Positions 25,907 through 35,817 of a DNA stretch of 64,000 nucleotides are shown here, piece by piece. The stretch's first letter is position 1. Each line of letters opens with the position of its first letter. This stretch comes from Neoechinorhynchus agilis (lineage: Eukaryota > Animalia > Acanthocephala), in the NCBI GenBank assembly GCA_051530055.1, contig CM121341.1, forward strand, positions 1,612,001 through 1,676,000, read 5' to 3'. Position numbers and translations under genes: made by a program. Under the pieces are notes generated by a model. The model was not told where the DNA came from and made no database searches. It was given only the letters and a program-made list of their open reading frames with translations.

Positions 25907-26746
25907 CTATACAAAAATGTGAATTGTAGTAACACCTTTAGAGATATTTGTGGTAGAAAAGCGAATTATGCGACGAGGAGATCTTTTAGAGAAGACGATG
26001 TAATGACTTGCTCAACATGATGGGGTAATAATTTTATAATCACCTGATAATTTAGATGAACTGAACCAATTATATCGATCGTATTATTCAACTAAAGAAT
26101 GCACTGATTATAAAAACATTATTATGTAACAACCTATCAAAACGCAACAAAGATTACAATGCAATTTTTTTGCTTTATTAAGTTCATCTTCCAACAGAAA
26201 ATGCTATAAGTAGAAAATGATCATAGACTGCGAAAATAAATCAACGGTACGATTTTTAAGGTCGAAAATCTAACCAATAAGGTTACAAAGGATTTAGTAA
26301 GTTCGATTACTTCGAATCTGATTGGCTACATAATAAAGTTACAAAGGATTTAGTAATCGAGTACTTCGAACCTTATTGGTTAGATTTTCGACCTTAAAAA
26401 TCGTACCGTTGATTTATTTTCGCAGTCTATGATCATTTTCTACTTATAGCATTTTCTGTTGGAAGATGAACTTAATAAAGCAAAAAAATTGCATTGTAAT
26501 CTTTGTTGCGTTTTGATAGGTTGTTACATAATAATGTTTTTATAATCAGTGCATTCTTTAGTTGAATAATACGATCGATATAATTGGTTCAGTTCATCTA
26601 AATTATCAGGTGATTATAAAATTATTACCCCATCATGTTGAGCAAGTCATTACATCGTCTTCTCTAAAAGATCTCCTCGTCGCATAATTCGCTTTTCTAC
26701 CACAAATATCTCTAAAGGTGTTACTACAATTCACATTTTTGTATAG

Positions 26747-27886
26747 ATGTCAATAAAGCAACCAACGTTCAAATATACTCTGGCTACCCCGCCAACAAGA
26801 GACGATAATTGCACGATTTTTCAGTCAATGTCATATCGACAATCCTTTTTTGCAAACATTGACTTTATCGCTCTTAATCATTGCATGACCTCAATCTATA
26901 CGCAGAACAAAACAACTCCAGAAACTTTAAAAATTAAATTAAAAATGCGCGACTGCATAGCTGCTGTAATGGTGTCGCTATTTCCAAGAACAAAGTTATA
27001 TGTAACCGGATCCACCCTGACGGGGCTCTCGCGAAATTCCGGTGATGTTGATTTGTGTCTCGTTTGTGATTCAGGAATTTCTTTGGAGCGAGATATTGCA
27101 ATCAATTGTCTTTATGCCATAAAGTATATTTTGGATGATATTCCGCAAGCAACAAGCCAGATCGTAATCAAAGCCAGAGTACCGATTTTACGTTTTAAAT
27201 GGTCGAGTTTAACAATTGATGATAATGATTTTGGATTTCAAGTTGATTTAAATATGACACATGACTCATGTGTGCGAAACACTCATTTGATTCATGCATA
27301 TATGGCGATTGATAAGCGAGTGACTCCTTTAATCTTCTGCATAAAACGCTGGGCTTCTAAGTACAACATTAACGCTCCTTGTATAGGAACTCTTTCAAGC
27401 TATGCTTTGTGCTTGATGGCAATTAACTTCCTTCAAACCGTTTGCAAACCACCTGTGCTACCATGTCTTCATGAAATAATGCCTCAATTATTCGATACAC
27501 AACGAACACTTGAAGAAATTAATAAGGAGCACGATGACATGGAAAAAGCCTTGGAGGGTCTCACGTTTGTGCCTTATAATACGAAGACGATCGCAGAACT
27601 GTTTGTTCTATTTTTATACCACTATTCAACGTTTGATTTTCAATCAAATGTAATTTCAGTCCGCAAGGGAAATATATTCAGAATCATCGATGCCGATGTA
27701 GAGGATTATCGCAATCTTCTCCTTCCCGGATTGACGGTTTTCATAAACATCGAGGAGCCTTTTGACCTTTACAATGTAGCCAAGTCAGTCTGCCAAGATG
27801 CACAATTTGAAAATATAATCGAAGAATTTCAAACATGTGAAGAATGGATTCGCAAGGGAAATAATCCCCGTAGTATGTTTGAATGA
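26747..27886 (+). CDS. GLD2: GLD-2/TENT2-like poly(A) polymerase, second palindromic copy with identical protein
   Basis: Exact mirror of 24767-25906 in the ORF track. Confidence 0.85.
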   Translation: MSIKQPTFKYTLATPPTRDDNCTIFQSMSYRQSFFANIDFIALNHCMTSIYTQNKTTPETLKIKLKMRDCIAAVMVSLFPRTKLYVTGSTLTGLSRNSGDVDLCLVCDSGISLERDIAINCLYAIKYILDDIPQATSQIVIKARVPILRFKWSSLTIDDNDFGFQVDLNMTHDSCVRNTHLIHAYMAIDKRVTPLIFCIKRWASKYNINAPCIGTLSSYALCLMAINFLQTVCKPPVLPCLHEIMPQLFDTQRTLEEINKEHDDMEKALEGLTFVPYNTKTIAELFVLFLYHYSTFDFQSNVISVRKGNIFRIIDADVEDYRNLLLPGLTVFINIEEPFDLYNVAKSVCQDAQFENIIEEFQTCEEWIRKGNNPRSMFE

Positions 27887-29552
27887 AAATATAAATAATT
27901 TGTTTTTCATTATACTGAAAATAACGTGTTAATTTAGGGGCAAAGAAAATTTTCTAATACTAAACTTGAATCGATTAAGGAGAAGATATCGTCGAAGTAA
28001 ATTTTGAAGGACCGTTATTCGTGAATTTTTACGCTACATGAAGGAGGAAATTTTTTGATAGAAATTTTAGGTATTATAATTTTTATAAAAAGTACTCCTT
28101 CAAATGCTGATATGCTCAATCGATCTATAAGTAGAAATTATCCAACAAATATTTAATTAATTCCCCTGAAAACATAACGTGTGTAAGCATTTGATAATTT
28201 AGTGTATTGAATAAAATGACACCGCAATCATTAAATCTTGAACGCTATCGCTCAAATAATTTTCCTTGTTATTCCTAAGTCATCTTACAATACTTTAAGG
28301 CATTCTGGAAATTATAAGTGAAATTCTCTATGGTAATGACAAGATTATTCATTGTGTTTAATATAATGTATATTTTAAATCTGATGAATCTAATGGCTTG
28401 TGTATTTAAAAATCACGAGCAAGAAATTAAATGCATTTCCATTAATGTTTCTATAGATCACAAGATATCACTCAATCTCGTTTTATATTAGTCAATGCTG
28501 CACTGATTAATTTCAAAAAACTAATTATTTAATGTTAAAGTGCTATTAAAAATGATTTGAATTCGGCATTGCGATTCGGGGATAATTGAAACCCTTTATG
28601 TTTTATAATATATTAACTTTTTTTGCATGAAAATATTAAATTTTCGCATTTCTAAAATCTATCTTCATCGCATTCTGTGTAACTTTAGTTTCAAAATTAA
28701 AAAACGCAATTTATTTTGAACGAAACGATATTCTTCTAATGTTTTTGTTTCTCTTTTGCTGAAATTCTATGTTGTTTATTTAACAAATTTACAATGCAAT
28801 TTTTTAGATCATTTGTACATACTTGCGGCTGCAAATTAAAGATGAAAATGCAACCGCTAACTTGGCATACTTACGAATATTGCGAATTGTTCCATTACTG
28901 TTGCAAATACTATATCTCTGCATTCTTGATTCTATTCAATATGACAAATATAGAATGTATTTTTCGTAAGAAAACCTTTTCTGTAGGTACGAAATTTTCG
29001 GTGCTTTCCAATATTTCTTTGGTTACTGCATCAATCAATTGAAAATGTGGCATATTTTCTAATTTATCCAAATGCGGTGTTGTGGACATTTTTTGCTTTT
29101 GCTAAATCATAAAAGTAATGGATACCCATTATTACTAGGCAACCATCAAAAAAGTATTGGAGTAAAATATTTGTGCTAAATTGAATGTTTGTTTATGTGG
29201 TGAAGCAAGAATAGTTCAATCTGCAAAAATATAAATTGAATATATTAAAGAAAAATACCAAAATTGTTCGGCGCCCTAAATGTAAAATAATTTGTAATTG
29301 ATGTTGAAAATTTAAAACCTAAAGAACAAACGCAGTAGTCTCCTATTATCACTATAAAACAACAGAGATAAATTTCATCCCCTTTCGGCCGATGAATAGA
29401 TAAAAAGTGCTCTTGTAAAATGATCGCAAATTATTTACATGTTGGAGAATTATGAATAAAATTTTAGAGTTTATCGCCCTCCATTTCCTTGGATCCTCCT
29501 CCATTTCCTCATCCTTCACCTCGCATGTTCTCTCCCCTGAAAAGCGATCGAT

Positions 29553-30152
29553 CTATCGACCAGGATTACTTTTGGATTCTCGGGCGATCTTCTCTTTTTC
29601 GTCAACGAGCCTCGGATTCTTCGTTTGTTTCTCCATTTCGGATTCCTCGCCATGAATTCTGGCCCGCTTTCGTCCAGCGAGACACGACAGTTGACGGCGA
29701 CAATCATTAGACAATCCCTGTCTTTTGTCTCTGATCCGGCAATAAAGTTCAAAAATATCAACTTTTTCGTGTTTAGAGCTTTCGGCGTCAATTTGGAATT
29801 TCCGATTCAACATAGCCCGTCTCTTTTCGTCCCTTACAACTTTCTTACTTGGCCTTCTTTTTGGTTTAAGTTTCGATGCTTCTTCAGCCTTGCATTTCTT
29901 AATTTTCTCGTTCATGAAGTCCGGAAACCAGAAGTAGTATTTTCCAAATTCAGAGCAACTTAATCGTTTAACAATTGATTCAATATTCCATTTTCTTATC
30001 TCATGGAAATCCATTGGCCTTGATAAAAGTTCGCTCAAATTCTGGTTGATTGACGGATGATATCGAATGGAGCGTCCGTCTCCCAGGCACTCGTTCAGCT
30101 CATGGCAGATCTGTTGAATAGTCTTCAGTTCAACCGGCATTCGTTTTACCAT
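29553..30152 (-). CDS. Unknown basic protein (TFIIS-N-like?), copy 3
   Basis: Mirror of 22501-23100 with identical translation. Confidence 0.6.
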   Translation of the reverse strand: MVKRMPVELKTIQQICHELNECLGDGRSIRYHPSINQNLSELLSRPMDFHEIRKWNIESIVKRLSCSEFGKYYFWFPDFMNEKIKKCKAEEASKLKPKRRPSKKVVRDEKRRAMLNRKFQIDAESSKHEKVDIFELYCRIRDKRQGLSNDCRRQLSCLAGRKRARIHGEESEMEKQTKNPRLVDEKEKIARESKSNPGR

Positions 30153-30280
30153 TATTTCAATAAAGAGGTGATCGAAATATGAGCTTTTAGATTGAGCTGT
30201 GATGTTAAGCTCTCGAACGAACGTTGATTAGACCGTGAATTGCAATGTTTTTGATAAACAATTCCGAGAGTGAAAATATG

Positions 30281-30515
30281 GGATGTTGATACGGTTCGAA
30301 TTTTGAAATAAGCGGCACTAAAAACTCGCTCACGTCACACATTGAACAGAAAAGGGTCGTTGTGACATAAATATTTAAATTGAAACCTTAAATTTGTAAA
30401 TTGGTAAAAACTATAACCGTCGTCTAGATTGAGAAATCCAACCGCGATTCCCCGTATTGGCATCTAGGACACCGCGCCGGCTGGGACAAAGAGGGCCTTG
30501 ACCGCTAAGGTTGAT
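30281..30515 (+). ncRNA. Candidate HDV-like self-cleaving ribozyme
   Basis: L3 TCCCCGT (30449-30455) closed by P3 GAT/ATT. P1' GGCATCT pairs with GGATGTT (30281-30287, G1-U wobble). J4/2 GCTAA (30504-30508). P2 CAACC/GGTTG. Imperfections: 2-nt gap between P2 and P3, A before the P1.1 GG, weak P4. Confidence 0.3.
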
Positions 30516-30809
30516 GGGCAAGTCTGCCAAGAACCCTGAACATTAGAAGACAAATGGGGTACTGGTGGAAGTCTTCAAAGGTGATCTTGAATCAGCGAAG
30601 GAAGATTATGCCACTCGGAGGCTACAAAATGGCGGACTTCGACAAACTAAGACTCCGGAGACCACTAAAATCGTCGATCCTTACCTTCGTCTCAAATTCT
30701 AGTTTTGTCATGGACCAAGCTCAAATCCCAGTAACACTCGAGGGCGGCTTAGGGTCCATAATAAATCAAGATACGGCTAGGGCGTCCCCGGAATTCGATG
30801 CGAATTAAC

Positions 30810-32200
30810 GTCGTTAAGAAAGTTATTTTACCCAAAGGAAAAATCAAGAAAATATCTCGACCATCGGATGTCAACATTATAGCGGCAAAGAATCTCGGCT
30901 AAAACATCGAAATTACTGATAGCCAAATTAGGCAGTTGGTTGAAATAAAAACGTTTTTATGAGATCGATCACAGTAAAAGCAATTTTTTTAGCAAACATG
31001 GAGTGCCCCAACGATCTCCGCTTTCATTAACTCTATCCGCGATCGTAATGGCTTTCTTAATGAAAAATTTTCGGAAACACAAATTTGTTCATTCTTTGAT
31101 CTACGCGGACGATGTGTCCTTATTCACCATAAAGGGCGGAGATAGTTGCTAATACGACTAAAAGCTTTACGAATACCATGAACAATATTTTATCGAACGT
31201 CAAGCTGGCTGAAGTGTTTCGTGAAAGAGACTTTTAATCATGCTTCCAACAAAGTTTTGGGTAAAGATTTGCCCTACTAAGGGTCTCGGCGTGTAAATGA
31301 TACCCCTCTCCGAGGCTTCTTTTTCAAACTAAAAACTCTTACTTCAAGACAAATTTCTACATCTATTCTTAATAAAGGCATTCATCGGAGGGAAAAGCTT
31401 TTGGCTGTTACTTCATTAGAAACCATTGGAGAGTACTTGGAATGAAGAATTCACTTATATCTTTTTTGCTAAGAATCATGTTAGGTAAAATAGTAAGAGT
31501 TGTGTTCTTTATAGTAATAAACTTTTTTTAACTTTAGAATAGACATCACCAACTGGAAAACCTATACAAATTAGCGAGGACTCACAAGATTGGATATTCG
31601 ACATAATGTCAGGACTGGACAATAAGGGCAAACGATGGATAATTATCGACAGCCGAAAAGCTTTGCTATTTCTCCTTTAATTTTTCTTTTAAATCCATAT
31701 GAATGCTTAGTTTTCAAAGTCATTATTTGAGCAGAGTCTAATAAAGGCACAGCTAACGTTTAGGGTCAATTCATTTTTAGCCATTTGCATTATCTCAACG
31801 CCAAATTGTTCTATTCGCCTATAATCAAACCAACAATGGCGAGCAATTCCTGTGGTGTAAAATAAATATTTGTTAATAATCGATAGAGGGAAAATCAAAT
31901 TAGAATTGTTGTGAGCATGTACCCCAGGGCATGCCTTAAAAAATACTTGTGTCAGAGCGCTGATCATGTTGCATCGTAGAAGTTAACTAACTTCAAAGTG
32001 TCTATTACTAACAACCTCGATAAACGTGTACAAGATTGTGCTTTCGAAATCAATCGGAACCAATAAATCCTTTTAATTCTTAAGCCAGATACAAACATGA
32101 ACAATTCAATCTTCAAACACTAACTTCAAATTAACGACTCAATCATCTTAAACCGAAAGCTTATCGCGCTAAAAAACATTTCAGGAGTAGCGCGCCAGAG
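30810..32200 (+). mobile_element. Decayed LINE RT fragment with internal deletion, similar in style to the 7.7-10.1 kb element
   Basis: Remnants VILPKGK..YRP, NFFSKHGVPQRSPLS, IYADDVSL (~31100), LFYSPIIKP (~31810). Boundaries approximate. Confidence 0.7.
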
Positions 32201-32556
32201 GCTTTTGATCACAACGATTTTTTGGTTTGGTTTTATGGTAAACGGTAATGCGCGAAAGAACCTTTAATTTGAAATCAAGTAGACGTTTCAAGATTTTAAA
32301 ATGAACTCGACGAGGTTCGAAATGTTTTCAATCAAAAGTTATTTACTGGGTTGCGGCTACTAAACAATAATCTCGGAAGGTGTTTTCTTATCTTAAGGAC
32401 TTGACCTACAAAGCTCTGCTTCCTGTTTAAACTCCTTTAAAATGAATGTATTTGTAGTGATGTAGTAATATAACGATTGACGGTGTCGTCACATGATAAT
32501 TATTTGGCACTTGGTGCCGTGTTATAGTGTGAGCGTGTGTTCGTTGTTAAATATAT

Positions 32557-34319
32557 ATGCGTTCACCTAACACAGATCAGAGCACGACATTTGATGACGA
32601 GAGTAGGATTTCAATGATGCAGTCCCTCATAGAGAAGCAGGAACTAATGATTAAACAAACGGGACAAACAAAGCTGTACGAGAATAAAATCGAGCAAAAA
32701 CATAGAGATATACAAGTGTTTCGGTCTTTCGATCCTAATAGCGAGACTTGGGATGATTATGAGGTCAAAAGATTTAGAATCGTGCGGGGTTGAAACCTAA
32801 GACGTAATGCAGGCTTGCTTGTTGGCGTGGAGCAGTCCGCAGATTTACGCAAAGGTTCGGAAAAGTTTGGGCACGAGAAAACCCAGTGATTGCTCTTTCG
32901 AAGAGTTGAAAAATATCATATCGAAGTTATACATCCAACAAGTACACGAGGTAGCTGCACGATATCGTTTTAGTAAGACCCAAATGAAACCAGGACAAGG
33001 TTATAAGGATTGGATATCAGAGCTATGGGACGTGTCAATAGGATGCAATTTTTTTAAATCGGAAGTGCAGGATGTGCAAAAAGCTACCGAGATGCGGATT
33101 CGTGATACAGTAATATTAAACATCCCACACGAGCGAAATACGAAGATCTGCCTTCCAACATAAGAACCTGACACTCGAACAGCTGGGAACCATCATCGAC
33201 AGTTGTGAAGTTTCGAAAAAGGCATTAGAGATAGTACCAAGAGTGGAGAGTGTGGAGTCGTCCGTGGAGAAGATTCACGCCAATAATCCCAAACTGGAGC
33301 GTACACGAAACGAGTTCAAAGGAAGGTGCAAGTATTGTGCAGGGAAACATTAGGAGGGAAAATTGTGCTGGGCCAGAAACGCTAAATGTTTCAAATGTGG
33401 AAAAATGTGACACCTAGCTCGATGCTGTTCATCTGTCTCCAAGATCAATGTAATCAAGAATATTAACGAGGTTGAAGCAGTAAAAGGTGATGAATACAAA
33501 GATGGTGTTTACGGTGAAGTTCAAAGGCATATTTGTAGTATCCTCGGTAGTAAGAGGGCGGAAATTTCATTATTTATTGAAGGGGTGAGGGCAAGGATGG
33601 AGTTCGATACAGGAGCTGCGCAGTCAATAATCACACGCTTTTTATGGTTCCGAATCGGAGAACCAAAATTAAGACTAACAAATACGCTAAGAGCTTTTGG
33701 AGGAGCGGAAATCGAGAATCTGTGAAGATGTGAAATGAATGTAAAGTTGGGCAGGAAGTTGAAAAAAGTCGAAGCAGTGGTAGTGCCAGAGTCAGGCAGA
33801 TGTCTGTTTAGGCTACCATGGGTTTTGGAATTTGGTTTGAAGATTCCAGTGGAACTCGTAGAGGTGCACAATGTCGACTTGGAAAGAAGGGATAGAGGCG
33901 AAGCATTATGTTCGAAATTAAAGAAATCGTTCCCGTCAATGCTTAACAATGAACCGGAGCCTATGAGAGATTTCCAAGCAAGAATAGTTGTGAAAGAAGA
34001 CGCCAAACAACACATTTGTGGTGCGAGAAGGATTTCATTCGCGCCGCAAGATCCGTTAGAACAAGAACTTGATCGTTTATTAAAGTTGAAGATGTTGCCG
34101 CGTGTAGATGCGACTCAAGACGAAATAGAATGGGCCACGCCAATTGTAGTAGATAGGAAGACCAGAGGGAAGGTACGAATTTGTGAAGATTTCCGCGTAA
34201 CTCTTAATCAACATCTTCAAGTTGAATCATACTGCATGCCCACATTCGAAGAACTAACGCGGAAACTGGCGGGCGCCACACAATATAGCACCATTGATCT
34301 GAGGGACGCATATCTATAG
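32557..34319 (+). mobile_element. Decayed Ty3/Gypsy LTR retrotransposon (gag, protease, 5' half of RT), truncated; no LTR pair found
   Basis: gag remnants (FDPNSETWDDY; zinc knuckles CKYCAGKH..C and CFKCGK*H..C), protease MEFDTGAAQSII, RT WATPIVV..GKVRICEDFRVTLN..YSTIDLRDAYL. Confidence 0.88.
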
Positions 34320-34339
34320 AAAATTTTGTGACGTTATCA

Positions 34340-34510
34340 AAAAATGTTTGATGCCACTTTTTCAAAATCCACCTTGTGCTAGGTTGTTTGCTCAGCGAAC
34401 CGAATCTGAGAAGAAGACTGATTCTTGAGGCCATTCACATCCGGGGAAATCCAACGATGGAAGGCAACAAATCAAACAACACGCCAGTTCTGCCAAAGTT
34501 GCGTTGCATG
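34340..34510 (+). mobile_element. Penelope-like element fragment (C-terminus of GIY-YIG endonuclease)
   Basis: LLSEPNLRRRLILEAIHIR..PTME matches the typical end of the Penelope GIY-YIG domain. Confidence 0.6.
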
Positions 34511-35260
34511 ACAAACCAATTAGTCGGCAACAAACCGCAAGAGCGATGTGCAGATCGAACCCCGTACACTTCGAGTATTAGCTAACCCGCGGATCTGAGC
34601 TGCATCCAGACGTGACCGGCTGTGCATGCTGTTGATGTCATCTTCATTTTAGATAGAGACTGAAGAGGCAAGGAAAACCTTGCGAAATATTTCTCAAATA
34701 AATAAATGAGTAACGACAACACCGAGGACAGGATTCGCCAACGTACAATTTTTATTAAAGATTGCATTCGGGGGCTAGCCAGACTGTTTTATGCGCGTAA
34801 TTATGATCAATAAAATTGCAATTAATTTGAAATATTTTCCTTTACAATTTCTTAGTCTTTTCTAAATATTCACTGTTAAATTCATTTAATATAACCAAAC
34901 CCAATATTACATACTAATACGTTATGATTGTTCGGCAGCTTCCTTGATGGCCGCGGCATTGCCGCGTTGGATTGCCGCGCTGATTCGCTGCATCAGGAAG
35001 CTGTTGGAGTGCATGTCGCCGGTTGCATGTTTTAGCATCTTTGCCAGTCGAAAAAGGAAATAATCGGTTTCTTTTCCGAGGTAGTTTAAAAATCGTGCGC
35101 CCTGTGTTCAATGAGCGATCACCCGGCCGAATTTGCTACCACCTGCGGTTGGAAATTCGAACTGAACAACAGCGATTTTTCTTGGGGGCCAGTGTCATGA
35201 ATGCCGTTTTCAAACTCGCTTCACCGCGAGGACCCTTTTGGTGATCTGTTGGACGATTTA

Positions 35261-35333
35261 TGGAGATGCCGGGTATCGATCCCGGTGCCTCTCGCATGCT
35301 AAGCGAGCGCTCTACCATTTGAGCTACACCCCC
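35261..35333 (-). tRNA. trnA: tRNA-Ala (anticodon AGC)
   Basis: 73-nt cloverleaf GGGGGTG..CATCTCCA, anticodon loop TTAGCAT, T-loop ATCGATA. One variable-loop difference from the plus copy. Confidence 0.95.
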
Positions 35334-35501
35334 TCAGTGAAGCTGCAATTCGTCCAAATTTAAATTTGAGTAAAGACAAATCAATGCCTAAGCACATTTT
35401 GCACACATTCAATCTTTTTTCACGGATTTGATAACTCAAACAAATAAAAAATGCATAAGGTATAACAGTGTTTAAATTTCTGCATTTTAAGGCCGGCAAT
35501 T

Positions 35502-35574
35502 GGGGGTGTAGCTCAAATGGTAGAGCGCTCGCTTAGCATGCGAGAGGTACCGGGATCGATACCCGGCATCTCCA
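35502..35574 (+). tRNA. trnA: tRNA-Ala (anticodon AGC)
   Basis: GGGGGTGTAGCTCAAATGGTAGAGCGCTCGCTTAGCATGCGAGAGGTACCGGGATCGATACCCGGCATCTCCA folds as a cloverleaf. T8 terminator at 35623-35630. Confidence 0.96.
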
Positions 35575-35817
35575 AACGCCGCACTTCGCGCCGCGTCGCC
35601 CGCATTGGGCAAACACTTCTTGTTTTTTTTACGTCTGGGTGTCCACACAAAACAAATCTCGTTTCACCCAACAGTAATAATGAATGACTTCTTGTTTTCT
35701 GAATGGAAACAGCATTACACGTCGTAAGACTTTACTTTTAAATTCTTTCGGATAATGAGCGCACTTGCACATTGTTCAGGACATTTCTCCGGTCATTTGT
35801 GAACAAATTCATTACAA

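Larger units (their letters stand above)
22151..30502. repeat. 8.35-kb palindrome: arms 22151-26284 and 26369-30502 (4134 bp each), 84-bp spacer
   Basis: Mirror coordinates sum to 52653 for the ORFs and the arm ends. Three mismatches spotted by eye (22325/30328, 23181/29472, 23247/29406); the comparison was not exhaustive. Confidence 0.97.

Noticed and set aside
32512-32521. TGGTGCCGTG as a tRNA-His primer-binding site of the Gypsy relic
   Set aside because: Only 10 nt match, and no LTR boundary or second LTR could be identified.
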